This document shows positions 8,593 to 18,413 of a stretch of DNA of 51,673 nucleotides, in pieces. The position numbers and the translations under genes were made by a program. The notes under the pieces are model-generated. The model saw nothing but the letters and a program-made list of their open reading frames with translations. It had not been told where the DNA came from and did no database searches. Origin of the DNA: Phycisphaerae bacterium (GTDB lineage Bacteria; Planctomycetota; Phycisphaerae; UBA1845; Fen-1342). The stretch's first letter is position 1; every line of letters starts with the position of its first letter. The DNA is taken from the NCBI GenBank assembly GCA_050115495.1, contig JASFQK010000044.1:1-51673 (forward strand). Reading direction: 5' to 3'.

Positions 8593-10494
8593 TTATTCCA
8601 CCTGGTTCAGCAGCTCTTCCGTTTCGTCGAGCAGTTGCTCGAACACGCGCATGGCGTCGTTGACCGGCTCGGCGGTGGTCATGTCGACGCCGGCATCCTT
8701 GAGCAATTCGACGGGGTACTTGCTGCAGCCGCCCTTGAGGAAGTTGAGGTACGCCTCGACGGCGCCGGGCTGGCCCTCCTTGATCCGGCGGGCGATGTTG
8801 CACGCGGCGCAGTAGCTGGTGGCGTACTTGTACACGTAGAAGTTGTAGTAGAAGTGGGGGATGCGCAGCCAGTAGTTGTCCACCATATCGTCATGGACAT
8901 AGTCGGGGCCGTAGTAGCGCGTCATGATCTCGCGGTAGGCCGCCCCGAGGCTGTCGGCGGTCAACGGCTCGCCACGCTCGGCCATCTGGTGAATGTGCTG
9001 CTCGTACTCGCTGAACATCGTCTGGCGGAAGACGGTGCCGCGGAAGGTCTCCAGCAGCTCGACCAGCAGCGCGAGCTTGGCCTGCGGGTCCTCGATGCGC
9101 GGCAGGACGTACTGCTGCAACAGTACCTCGTTCGTCGTCGAGGCCACTTCGGCACAGAAGATGTCGTAGCGGGAGTAGACGTACGGCTGCGTGCCACGCG
9201 AGAGGTACGAGTGCATCGAGTGGCCCATCTCGTGGACCAGCGTGGAAACCTCGTCATACCCCGGGCGGTAGTTCAGCAGGATGTAAGGCTGCGTCAGGTA
9301 CGTGCCGCTCGAGTACGCCCCGCTGCGCTTGCCGCGCGTCGGGTAGGCGTCGATCCAGCGCGAGTTCACGCCCTTCTTCACCGTGTTAACGTACTCGGAT
9401 CCGAGCGGCTCCAGCGCCGCGTACATGGTCTCGACCGCCTTCGTGTAGTCGCACTTCAGTGGATCCTGGTCGACGAACGGCGCGAACAGGTCGTAGGCGT
9501 GCACGCCGTCGCTGAGCTTCAGGGCCTTGCGGCGAATCGCTTCGTAGCGGTGCAGCAGCGGCAGGTTCTCGTTGACCGTGGTGACCAGCGTGTCGTAGAC
9601 GGTCGTCGGGATATTCGCCCCGTCCAGGGCGGCCGCCAGGCAACTGTCGTAGCCGCGGGCGCGGACGTTGAAGACGTGCGACTGAATCTCGCCGTTGAGC
9701 AACGCCGCCGACACGTTCCGTACCTTGGCGTACGTGCCGACAATGCCGTTGTAAGCGTCGCGGCGCACGCGCCGGTCCGGATCGCGCATGAAAACGTAGA
9801 ACGCCGAATCGCTCACTTCGACTTCGTCGCCGTCGGCGTCCAGGATCTTCGGATACATCCCGGCCAGGTCGGCGTTGGCCAGCAGGTTGTAGCCGCTGCC
9901 CGGCGTCTCAAACACCTGGCCGGCCATCGCGATCAACTCTTCCTCACGCGGCGTGAGAATGTGCTTCTTCTGGCGGAAGAGGTCGTCCATGGCATGGCGG
10001 TAGACCGCCAGGTCCGGGTTGTTGTCCATCCAGCCCTTAATCTTCTCGAACGGAATCGCGGTGATCTCCGGATCCATCCAGGAGACGGCCTGCCCGAACT
10101 TGACGCCCAGGGCCTGGCACCGGGCCCGCATCTCCTGGCCCTTGTTGTCGCGCGTGTCCTGGTCCGCCGTCAGGCCGGCGTAGACGTAAACGCGCTCCAG
10201 CCGAGCGGCCGAGTCGTCCCGCAGCTTCAGGGCGGTCAGCATGGCCGTGTCGCTCTGGCTCAGCGTACCCCGGAGCTTGGCCAGCTCGTCAATCAGCTTA
10301 TCGACGGCGGCATATTCCGCCTTCCAGTCGTCATCGGTGGCGAAGGTGGTCGCCAGGTTCCACCGGTACTGCTCCGGAACGTCGCTGCGATCCTTCACTT
10401 CGGTGTCGTCGCCGGCGGAAGCCGCCAGCGGCGCCAGTGCCGCCATCATTACGGCCATGAGCACCACTCCAATCCATCTGGTATGACGATTCAT
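8593..10494 (-). CDS. pepF: Oligoendopeptidase F (M3B) with an N-terminal signal peptide
   Basis: GKRSGAYS, PYILLNY, TLVHEMGHSMH, AEVASTTNE, RIPHFYYNFYVYKYATS. Leader MNRHTRWIGVVLMAVMMAALAPLAASA. Confidence 0.93.
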   Translation of the reverse strand: MNRHTRWIGVVLMAVMMAALAPLAASAGDDTEVKDRSDVPEQYRWNLATTFATDDDWKAEYAAVDKLIDELAKLRGTLSQSDTAMLTALKLRDDSAARLERVYVYAGLTADQDTRDNKGQEMRARCQALGVKFGQAVSWMDPEITAIPFEKIKGWMDNNPDLAVYRHAMDDLFRQKKHILTPREEELIAMAGQVFETPGSGYNLLANADLAGMYPKILDADGDEVEVSDSAFYVFMRDPDRRVRRDAYNGIVGTYAKVRNVSAALLNGEIQSHVFNVRARGYDSCLAAALDGANIPTTVYDTLVTTVNENLPLLHRYEAIRRKALKLSDGVHAYDLFAPFVDQDPLKCDYTKAVETMYAALEPLGSEYVNTVKKGVNSRWIDAYPTRGKRSGAYSSGTYLTQPYILLNYRPGYDEVSTLVHEMGHSMHSYLSRGTQPYVYSRYDIFCAEVASTTNEVLLQQYVLPRIEDPQAKLALLVELLETFRGTVFRQTMFSEYEQHIHQMAERGEPLTADSLGAAYREIMTRYYGPDYVHDDMVDNYWLRIPHFYYNFYVYKYATSYCAACNIARRIKEGQPGAVEAYLNFLKGGCSKYPVELLKDAGVDMTTAEPVNDAMRVFEQLLDETEELLNQVE

Positions 10495-10679
10495 CGCTGC
10501 TTGCCTCGCGGCGGGAGTCTATGTTCGCCGTCGTCCGGCCATCCCGCTGGTGCACCGGCACGGCGCGAAACGATCAGCGTACCCACCGCGGACGACCGTC
10601 GCAAGAAAAGCCGCAAGAACCTCACAATTACCGACGAATTCCGCCCCCCGACGGCGTGTTTCCCCCTTCCCGCGCAGCC

Positions 10680-11051
10680 TCAGAACGTCAGCGTGCAACT
10701 GAGCTGGGCCGGATCGGCCAGGCAGACCGCGCGATAGTGCAGATAATACGCCCACCAGAACATCACCCCCACCGCCATGACCAGCAGCAGCCACGCCCCG
10801 AACTCGGCCTGCCAGTGCCGCCGAACCGCCAGCAGAATCAGCACGCCGGCGCCCAGGAGACCAGCCTTGTAGAGCATCAGCCCTGCGGGCGAATCCATGA
10901 GCATGGCCGCCAGCCGGTTGGCCTCGATGAAGCAGCCCGCCTCGATCTGCGTGCGGGTGAGGGCCAGGTCGAACGCATGCAAAACGCAGACGATCGAGAG
11001 GATGAGAACCAGCCGGAACGACCGTGCGCTCGACGCCTCGGTGCAGACCAT
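10680..11051 (-). CDS. Small membrane protein (DUF5658-like)
   Basis: Three hydrophobic helices with the pattern D-x-x-L-T ... EAN ... YK; SD-like GAAGGAAGG upstream. Confidence 0.6.
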   Translation of the reverse strand: MVCTEASSARSFRLVLILSIVCVLHAFDLALTRTQIEAGCFIEANRLAAMLMDSPAGLMLYKAGLLGAGVLILLAVRRHWQAEFGAWLLLVMAVGVMFWWAYYLHYRAVCLADPAQLSCTLTF

Positions 11052-11286
11052 GAACGCAGCCTTCCTTCGGCGGACCGGCCACCGCGGGTCATGTCGACGC
11101 CGTGGCGACACCGCCAACCGCCCGCCCCTTGATCCTACTCCGTTCAGGCCCCGCCGGTTCAGTCAGCGCGCAGGCGAACGAACAGCGGCAGAACACTGCC
11201 GGTTGAACGACGCTCCTGGCGATAGGAAGCGAGCTTCGCAGTCGGCGAGCGGGCGTCGCCAACTGATCGACCAGAGGCATTCAGCC

Positions 11287-11313
11287 TTATCGGCAGGAAT
11301 GTCGGAATCCTGA
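11287..11313 (-). promoter_or_regulatory. Sigma-28 (FliA/WhiG)-type promoter candidate
   Basis: Minus strand TCAG-N15-GCCGATAA, pointing at the 10680-11051 gene. Confidence 0.5.
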
Positions 11314-11391
11314 AGGCCCCCGGGGCCGCCGTGGACCGACGCGGCGGCAGCCGCGATAAGTGATTGCGGCAACGTGACTTCGCGTCGATGT

Positions 11392-12351
11392 CTAGCCTAG
11401 ACGTATAGACATCAACGCGACGCCCAGCACGGCCACGAGCGCTCCCACCACCGCCCGCACGCCGATCCGTTCCTTGTAGATCAACCAGGCAAACGGCAGG
11501 ATCAGCACGGGGGGCAGCGAAATGAGCGTCTGGCCCACACCGAGCGGCTCGCGGTCAACCGCCACGAGCGACATCCACACGCCGAGAAACGGTCCGAGGA
11601 CCGCCCCACCGACCGTGAACAGCACGCCCGCCGACCAGGATCCGGTTCGTGCCGGCAGAACACCCGCCGCCCGCAGTCGGCGTTCACGCCGCCCGTAGAA
11701 CCACAGCGCCGGCAGCATGCCCAGGGCGGCGAAGAACATGCGGATCAGTGTGGCGGTTTGCGGGTTCAGGTGCTGGTCTTCGGGCAGCCAGCCGTGGCCC
11801 ATGCCCTGTTTGCTGAAGAGCAAGCCGCCAGCCTGGCACGCCGCCCCGACGAAGGCCAGGAGCATCCCGCGCCAGCGGTTCGCCTGGCGCACGCCCGGGT
11901 CAACGGCGGGTCGCTCCAGCACGACCCAGGCGACGCCGATGAGCGTCACGCCTACGCCGATCCACGTCTGCCACGATAGCACTTCGCCCAGCGCCAGCCA
12001 GCCGAACAACGCCGCCAGCAGCGGTGCCGTGGTCATGATGAGGAGTGACAGCCGCGGGCCGATTGCCACAAACGCTGTGAATAGCGCCTGATCGCCGATG
12101 GCCAGGCCGATCACGCCCGACAGCGCCAGCAGGACGACCTGCCACGGCAGCGCCGGCGGGATCCAACCCCCTTCTCGCAAATGGTACGTCACACCGAGCA
12201 GGACGACCGCCATGACGAGCCGCGCGGTGTTGACGATCGTCGGCCCCAGGCGCCGCCCTGCTGACGTGAAGAAAAACGACGTCCCCGTCCACAGGCACGA
12301 GGTGGTAATGCCGGCGGCGTACCCGATGTATCCAGCCGGTATGAGCCACAT
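11392..12351 (-). CDS. DMT/EamA-family transporter
   Basis: About 10 TMs in two EamA-like repeats (GLAIGD...LGE; P...KERIG). Confidence 0.88.
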   Translation of the reverse strand: MWLIPAGYIGYAAGITTSCLWTGTSFFFTSAGRRLGPTIVNTARLVMAVVLLGVTYHLREGGWIPPALPWQVVLLALSGVIGLAIGDQALFTAFVAIGPRLSLLIMTTAPLLAALFGWLALGEVLSWQTWIGVGVTLIGVAWVVLERPAVDPGVRQANRWRGMLLAFVGAACQAGGLLFSKQGMGHGWLPEDQHLNPQTATLIRMFFAALGMLPALWFYGRRERRLRAAGVLPARTGSWSAGVLFTVGGAVLGPFLGVWMSLVAVDREPLGVGQTLISLPPVLILPFAWLIYKERIGVRAVVGALVAVLGVALMSIRLG

Positions 12352-12385
12352 GGCCGCGTATCATAGCGGCGGACGCGGCCGCGAA

Positions 12386-12985
12386 TCAGAGCGGGGCCAG
12401 CACCTCCGGCGGAGCGACCCGTTCGAAGATCCAGACGCGCATGGTGCCCATTTCGCGCTCCGTCACGCAGTCCAGCAGGCGAAGCGAATCGACCGGCAAC
12501 CTCGTTCGCTTCTCGTGGCGAAAGACGGCCAACCCGCCGATCACCATGGACGTCGCCACCCGGTCCAGCAGATCCACGACGCGTAGGACATCCTCCGCTT
12601 CACGATATGGAGGGTCCAAGAATACCAGTCCGTATCCGTCCCCCGCCGGCGGAATTCGCAGCGTCCAAGCGTTATCGGCGGCGATCCGGCAGGTTCCCAG
12701 CAAACCGACCCGGTCCAGATTCTCCCGAAGGGTCCGCAGCGCCCGGCGGTCACGCTCCACGAACAGGCACGATTCCGCCCCGCGAGAGACCGCCTCGATG
12801 CCCAGGCCCCCGCTGCCGGCGAAAAGGTCGAGCACGGGGACGCCCGGGAGCGCTCCCGGCTGCCCCAGCCGGCTACCGACTATATTGAATAGCGTTTCCT
12901 TCACCCGATCGGTGATCGGGCGTGTCCCCGAACCGCTGGGCGCCTCCAATCTCCGTCCGCGAAGCCTGCCCGAAATCACGCGCAT
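12386..12985 (-). CDS. rsmD: 16S rRNA m2G966 methyltransferase
   Basis: MRVISGRLRGRRL, TRPITDRVKETLFN, LDLFAGSGGLGIEAVSRGA, FLDPPY. Confidence 0.93.
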   Translation of the reverse strand: MRVISGRLRGRRLEAPSGSGTRPITDRVKETLFNIVGSRLGQPGALPGVPVLDLFAGSGGLGIEAVSRGAESCLFVERDRRALRTLRENLDRVGLLGTCRIAADNAWTLRIPPAGDGYGLVFLDPPYREAEDVLRVVDLLDRVATSMVIGGLAVFRHEKRTRLPVDSLRLLDCVTEREMGTMRVWIFERVAPPEVLAPL

Positions 12986-13092
12986 TGCCCGCTTGTCCTC
13001 ATCGCCGCCGATCTTCCCGGCCCGTCCGCTGCACCGTTCACAGGGGCGCACCACTGATGATCGTCCCCCGGACTGCCGATACGGCTTACGGA

Positions 13093-13860
13093 ATGATAGC
13101 CGATCTGCGACATATTCTGGACGGGTGGGATTTCGAGCCGGGCAAGATCTCCGTGCGGAAGATCGTCGGCCGCGGCGGCGAGGAGAAGGTCCAGACGCGA
13201 ATCGACATGGGCGTGCTCCAGATCGAGCTCGACGGCCGACCCGACGGCCAGCGGCCCGAGGGCTACGAGTCCTACCTCGACCTCGTCCTGGACCGGCTCA
13301 GCCACCACATCGAGCTCCACGGCGACGATAACGACTTCCTGCTGTCGCCGGACGATTGCCACGAATTGCGCCACGAGGCCTACCTGTACTACCAGCGATA
13401 CCTGTCGCTGTTCGTGCTGGAGGACTTCGGGCGGGTGGCCCGCGACACGACACGCAACCTGCGGGTGATCGACCTCTGCGAGCAATACGCGACCTCGCCG
13501 GAGGACCGGTCCGCGCTGGGGGCTCAGCGGGCGTACGTGGTGATGATGAACGCGCGGGCCCGGGCGTGTGGGGCGCTGGAGCGGGGCGACTACGAGGCGG
13601 CCCTGGCTGCCGTCCGGGCCGGTGTCGTCAGCGTGAGCACGCTGTACGAGCGTGAAGAATCCGACGAGGACGTCGACGACCGCAACGAACTGCGCATCCT
13701 CCGCAACCTGCGCAGCGATATTCTGGCGCAGATGCCGGACAATGCGCCGGCCCGGCTGCGTTGGGAGCTCGAGCAGGCTCTCCAGCGCGAGGACTACGAG
13801 ACCGCCGCCCGGCTGAGGGACGCCCTGGGCAGCGACCCGGTTGCCGCCGCCGCCGACTAG
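13093..13860 (+). CDS. Conserved protein with C-terminal UvrB/UvrC (UVR) motif
   Basis: C-terminal LEQALQREDYETAARLRDAL; N-terminal GRPDG motif. Confidence 0.8.
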   Translation: MIADLRHILDGWDFEPGKISVRKIVGRGGEEKVQTRIDMGVLQIELDGRPDGQRPEGYESYLDLVLDRLSHHIELHGDDNDFLLSPDDCHELRHEAYLYYQRYLSLFVLEDFGRVARDTTRNLRVIDLCEQYATSPEDRSALGAQRAYVVMMNARARACGALERGDYEAALAAVRAGVVSVSTLYEREESDEDVDDRNELRILRNLRSDILAQMPDNAPARLRWELEQALQREDYETAARLRDALGSDPVAAAAD

Positions 13861-14039
13861 CCGCCCTTCTCCCCTGGCCATCCCTCCCTGCCCAATCGAT
13901 GCCGCTTGAGCCGGTGGACTTGCGCCGCGACAGCGGGTACGCTGCTGATTCCGGCCATGGGCCGCGAGGGCGTGCTCCTGTTTGTGCCGCCCGATGAATG
14001 GTGACCGACCTCGAGCAGCCAGTCATGATGAATACTGCC

Positions 14040-14942
14040 ATGTCGATTTCCAGATTCCTGCTCCCGGCGAGCCTGTGTTTCGCCCTGGCGCTGTGTTCCT
14101 GCGGCAAGACGCAGGAGCCGCCCCCGCCGTTTGCCGAGACGCTCGGCGACACGCCCTACGGGGCCCCCCTGGCGCCGACTCAGGCCGACACGGGCATTCT
14201 CAAGGACCAGAAGACCTACAACCCGGCAGCGTTCGGCCCCGGGGGCGGCCCCGCTGCTGCCGGCGGCGGTGCCGGAACCGTGGCCGCGACCGATGCCGCC
14301 ACGGCGGGTCGCGAATTGCTGGACAACCTGTTGAACGACATGGAGTCCGGCGAGGTGGACTACGTGCTCGACGCGTTCGATCCCGCCCAGGTCGAGGTGG
14401 TAAGGGGTGATGAGGACTTCCTGTACAACACGCAGGACGCCTACGCCCGGCTGACCCGCTCGCTAGCCGATGCCCTGGGCGACTCGTCCGTCGAGCAGTT
14501 GAACAGCGACCTGCGCAAGCTGGTGACCGACGGGCTCAAGGTCGATCCCATCGACGCCCAGACCGTGACCATTACGCCCAATCCGCTGTTGATCGTCCTC
14601 GGCCCGGCGAAGACGACGCCCGCCATGACCGTCGCCCTTCTGGACGGCGAGTGGCACATCCGTCTCGAGGCGGCCCTGACGACCGAAGACCTGGACGCCA
14701 TGCAGGCCTATCACCAGAAGCTCCAGGACACCATCTACGCACTCGTCGACGCCCTCGATAGCAAGGCCATCACCGAGCGCGACGCGGTGTATGCCGCCCT
14801 GCTGACCGCCGCGACCGGCGGAGACGTGGAAATCCCCACGGCAGAGCCGGCGACGACTGAGGACGAAGGTGAGGGCGAGACGCCGCCGGAGGAGCCGGAG
14901 ACCGGCACACCCGAGACGCAGCCCGGCGTCGCGCCACCATAA
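14040..14942 (+). CDS. Hypothetical lipoprotein
   Basis: Hydrophobic leader ending LCSC-GK, acidic Pro/Glu-rich tail, GC3-rich codons. Confidence 0.75.
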   Translation: MSISRFLLPASLCFALALCSCGKTQEPPPPFAETLGDTPYGAPLAPTQADTGILKDQKTYNPAAFGPGGGPAAAGGGAGTVAATDAATAGRELLDNLLNDMESGEVDYVLDAFDPAQVEVVRGDEDFLYNTQDAYARLTRSLADALGDSSVEQLNSDLRKLVTDGLKVDPIDAQTVTITPNPLLIVLGPAKTTPAMTVALLDGEWHIRLEAALTTEDLDAMQAYHQKLQDTIYALVDALDSKAITERDAVYAALLTAATGGDVEIPTAEPATTEDEGEGETPPEEPETGTPETQPGVAPP

Positions 14943-14996
14943 GCCAGTCTGCGCCCCCCGTTCGCTCCGAGCCGATATCGCAGGAGGGAGACGACG

Positions 14997-15416
14997 TTGC
15001 CCACGATTGCGCCAGATCAGCACCAGGCCATTCTCTCGGCCATCGGGACGCACGACTTCCTCAGCCGGGTGGTCGAGTCGCTCGAACACTACCACCGCCT
15101 CGTCTTCCACGCCGACGAGGGCATCGACTGGAGCCTGGTGCGGCGTTCGGCGGAGCAGATTCTGGTAGCGGAGGTTATCTCACGCTACGGTGGGAATATC
15201 GACGGCGTGTACCACGCGCTGCGGGCGATGGAGAACGGCGGCACGCCGTGGAGTGCCGCCGTGCAGGAGCTGGCCGGCGCGATGCACTCCTACTACACGA
15301 CGCCGCTGGGGGTCGTGCTGCGCAAGGACCTCTTCGGCGACGACGCGGTGTTCATTTCTCTGGAAGCACACGAGTGGATTCGACAGCGGCGCGGGGCCAC
15401 GACCCCCAAGGGGTGA
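14997..15416 (+). CDS. Hypothetical protein (139 aa)
   Basis: SD GGAGGG then TTG; coding-like codon usage; ends 7 nt before yhaM. Confidence 0.7.
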   Translation: MPTIAPDQHQAILSAIGTHDFLSRVVESLEHYHRLVFHADEGIDWSLVRRSAEQILVAEVISRYGGNIDGVYHALRAMENGGTPWSAAVQELAGAMHSYYTTPLGVVLRKDLFGDDAVFISLEAHEWIRQRRGATTPKG

Positions 15417-15423
15417 CCGGTTC

Positions 15424-16431
15424 ATGACGAACAAGGATAGGGCCGAACATCGGAACGTCACATCACTTAAACCCGGCGAACGCATAGAAGATCAGGTTTA
15501 CCGCATCGCCTCGAAAGAGCTGCGGACCACGAGCAACGGTAGCCTGTACGTGCACGCCGTCCTGGCCGACGCCACTGGGCAGATCCTCGGGCGCATGTGG
15601 AACGCCTCGCAGGAGATCTACGACTCGATCCCCGAGGGCGGCTTTCTGCTCTTCCGCGGGCGCGTCGAGAGCTACAAGGGCAAACCGCAGTTCATCATCG
15701 ACGGTCTGCGGGCGGTCGATGAGGGCACGTTCGACGCCAGTGACTTCCTGCCGGCGACCAAGGCCGACGTTGCGGCGCTGTGGAACGAATTGAAGGACAT
15801 CCTCCGCGCCATCCAGCACCGCGACCTGCGCAATCTCGTCGCCCGCTTCATCAACGATGAGGATTTCGCCCGCCAGTTTCAGCGGGCCCCGGCGGCCATG
15901 GCGCTGCACCAGGCCTGGCTCGGCGGGTTGCTCGAACACACGGTCAACCTGCTGCGGCTGGCCCGGGCCATCTGCCCGCTGTACCCGCAGGTCAGCCAGG
16001 ATCTCGTCCTGGCGGGCGTGTTTCTGCACGACGCCGGCAAGACCCGCGAACTGGCCTACACCACGAACTTCGAATACACAAACGAAGGCCAGCTCATCGG
16101 GCACATCACGCAGACGGTGCTGTGGATTCAGCAGACGGTCAGCGCCATGGAGGCCGAGAGCGGCCAGCCGTTCCCACCTGATGTGCTGATGCTGCTGCAA
16201 CACATCATCCTCGCCCACCACGGCAAGTACGAGTTCGGCAGCCCGCGTCTGCCGGCGACGCCCGAGGCGATGCTGATCCACTACCTCGACAACCTCGACG
16301 CCAAGCTGAACATGATGTTCGAGGCCATCGAGAGCGATCCCGACGCCGCCAGCGACTGGACCAGTTACATCCGCGCCATCGAGACCAAGGTCTTCAAGCC
16401 GGACGTCATGGGTACCCGGCCAGCACCCTGA
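15424..16431 (+). CDS. yhaM: OB-fold plus HD-domain 3'-5' exoribonuclease (YhaM/Cbf family)
   Basis: N-terminal OB fold, HQAWLGGLLEHT, LHDAGK, LIGH, HIILAHHG, PATPEA, LDNLDAK. Confidence 0.88.
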   Translation: MTNKDRAEHRNVTSLKPGERIEDQVYRIASKELRTTSNGSLYVHAVLADATGQILGRMWNASQEIYDSIPEGGFLLFRGRVESYKGKPQFIIDGLRAVDEGTFDASDFLPATKADVAALWNELKDILRAIQHRDLRNLVARFINDEDFARQFQRAPAAMALHQAWLGGLLEHTVNLLRLARAICPLYPQVSQDLVLAGVFLHDAGKTRELAYTTNFEYTNEGQLIGHITQTVLWIQQTVSAMEAESGQPFPPDVLMLLQHIILAHHGKYEFGSPRLPATPEAMLIHYLDNLDAKLNMMFEAIESDPDAASDWTSYIRAIETKVFKPDVMGTRPAP

Positions 16432-16442
16432 TTCCCCGCCTC

Positions 16443-18407
16443 ATGTCCGCCCGCGCCGCCAGTCGCGATCCTGCGGTGCAGTGGACGGCCACCTGGCGTC
16501 CGCTGCTGGCGGGTGAACTCCACCGCCGCCGACCGGACCTGCCCGCCCCTGCCGTCGATGACGCCGTCCGCTGCTGCCTGACAGGCGTTGTGTTCCTGCG
16601 TGCCACTGAGACGTGCGGCCTGGAACCGTCGGGGCAGCTCGATGCGCTCTCCGATGCGACGGACGTTCATGCTCGGCTGGCCGCGCTGTTGCGGAGGGTG
16701 GACGAGCGCTATGCGGGCGGCCATGCGGTGTTCGCCGGCGCCGAGTCGGATCTGCCCGATAACTCACTGCGCGACATGATCCGCAGCTTCGACGCACCCC
16801 CAACTGCTGAGACACTCGTGCGCGTCCACGAGCAGTTCGTGGCGGCCGAACTGCACCTGGATGATGACGGGGCTGTCGGCTGTGGTCGGCGGGCCGCCGC
16901 CAAACGACACGGTGCCTATTACACGCCGCCGCCGCTCATCGAGCACATTCTGCGACAGACGCTGCCAGAATCGCGCACGGGCGACACCCCGCCGCCGACG
17001 GTGCTCGATCCGGCATGCGGTGCCGGCGCATTCCTCGTCGCCGCCGCCCGCCGAGTGCTCGCGTCGAGCCGCGACATGGCCGTTCGTCGCCAGATTCTGC
17101 ACGACTGTATTCACGGCATGGACACCGACGCCCGCGCCGTCGAGATCGCCCGGCTGGCGTTGCTCCTGCTGCTGCACGAGCCGTCCGGCGTTTCCGGCGA
17201 TCCGCTACCCGACCTGACCGACAACGTTCGCTGCGCCGATGCACTCATCGGTCCCGACTATCCCGCGGCCACCACGGTTGAAACCGACCGATTCGACGTC
17301 GTCGTCGGCAATCCGCCCTGGGGGCAGAAGGCCATCCGCAAGGACCGCCAGCGCATCGCATACATCCGCCAGCGGTTCCCGTCCTCGTGCGGCATCTTCG
17401 ACCTGTTCCGCCCGTTCGTGGAACTCGCCGTCAACGTCTGTCGGCCGGGCGGACGGATCGGTCTCGTGCTGCCCGACATCGTGCTGCTGAAGAACTACGA
17501 GGCGACCCGCCGCCTGCTGCTCGACCGGGTCACGCTACTGGACATCGGCTGGTGGGGCATGCGCTTTCCGCACGCGGTCATCGACGTGGCCACGATCGCC
17601 GGCATCAAGCAGCCGCCCGCCGCCGGCCATCGCGTTCGTGTCGGCGTCCACGACGGCCGGCCGGCCGCGATCAACGAGCTGCTCCAGGACGACTTCCGGG
17701 CGAACCCGCGGTGCACGTTCAACCTCTGGCTCACGCCGGCGCGGCGGGCAGTGCTCGAGCAGCTCGCGGACTGGCCGCGACTGGGCGACTACTTCGCGGT
17801 TCATGAGGGCGTGCACAGCGGCAACCTGCGGGCGGAGTTGTTCGTCGGCACCGCCGTCGACGACTCATGCCGCCCGCTGCTGCTCGGCCGCGATGAAATC
17901 ACGCCGTATCGCCTGTGCTGGCACGGCCGCTACCTTCGGCGGAGCATCCTTGTTGCGGGCGTGCCCGGGCGCGGCTACGCCAACCTTGGCCGGCCCGAGT
18001 GGCACGAACGGAAGAAGCTGCTCATTCGGCGGACGGGTGATCGGGTGCTCGCCGCGGTGGATCGCGAGGCCCGGTACGCCAGCAACAACTTCTTCGTGGC
18101 GTTTCCGACCGCCGAGCATCCGCTGTCGTTGGACGGCTTGTGTGCATTGCTGAACGCGCCGCTGCTGACGTGGTATTTCCGCGTGGTGGAGCCGCGGCGG
18201 GGACGAGCCTTCGCGGAGTTGAAGATCAAGCACCTACACCAGTTTCCCGTGCCCGAGCCGCAACGGCAGGCGGACGCCTGCGCGGAGCTGAACGACGTCG
18301 GCCGCCGACGGGCGACGGTCGCCGACGAGGCAGAGGCTGGCGAGATCGATCGCCGAATCGATGTTGCGGTCCGCGAGCTGTTCGGGGTGGAAACGCTGCC
18401 GGAGTGA
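16443..18407 (+). CDS. Gamma-class N6-adenine DNA methyltransferase with a TaqI-like C-terminal specificity domain
   Basis: GAYYTP (motif X), VLDPACGAGAFL (motif I), VVGNPPW (motif IV); C-terminal KLLIRRTG...ALLN...FP. Confidence 0.85.
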   Translation: MSARAASRDPAVQWTATWRPLLAGELHRRRPDLPAPAVDDAVRCCLTGVVFLRATETCGLEPSGQLDALSDATDVHARLAALLRRVDERYAGGHAVFAGAESDLPDNSLRDMIRSFDAPPTAETLVRVHEQFVAAELHLDDDGAVGCGRRAAAKRHGAYYTPPPLIEHILRQTLPESRTGDTPPPTVLDPACGAGAFLVAAARRVLASSRDMAVRRQILHDCIHGMDTDARAVEIARLALLLLLHEPSGVSGDPLPDLTDNVRCADALIGPDYPAATTVETDRFDVVVGNPPWGQKAIRKDRQRIAYIRQRFPSSCGIFDLFRPFVELAVNVCRPGGRIGLVLPDIVLLKNYEATRRLLLDRVTLLDIGWWGMRFPHAVIDVATIAGIKQPPAAGHRVRVGVHDGRPAAINELLQDDFRANPRCTFNLWLTPARRAVLEQLADWPRLGDYFAVHEGVHSGNLRAELFVGTAVDDSCRPLLLGRDEITPYRLCWHGRYLRRSILVAGVPGRGYANLGRPEWHERKKLLIRRTGDRVLAAVDREARYASNNFFVAFPTAEHPLSLDGLCALLNAPLLTWYFRVVEPRRGRAFAELKIKHLHQFPVPEPQRQADACAELNDVGRRRATVADEAEAGEIDRRIDVAVRELFGVETLPE

Positions 18408-18413
18408 CGGCGG

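Noticed and set aside
8635..10737. Long antisense ORFs (also 19600-22197, 23852-26044, 33121-35355, 49116-50834)
   Set aside because: Shadow frames of GC3-rich genes with no motifs; the opposite strand carries clear family signatures.
16443..18407. Complete restriction-modification or BREX/DISARM defence locus
   Set aside because: No nuclease, helicase, ATPase or pglZ-type neighbours are visible.
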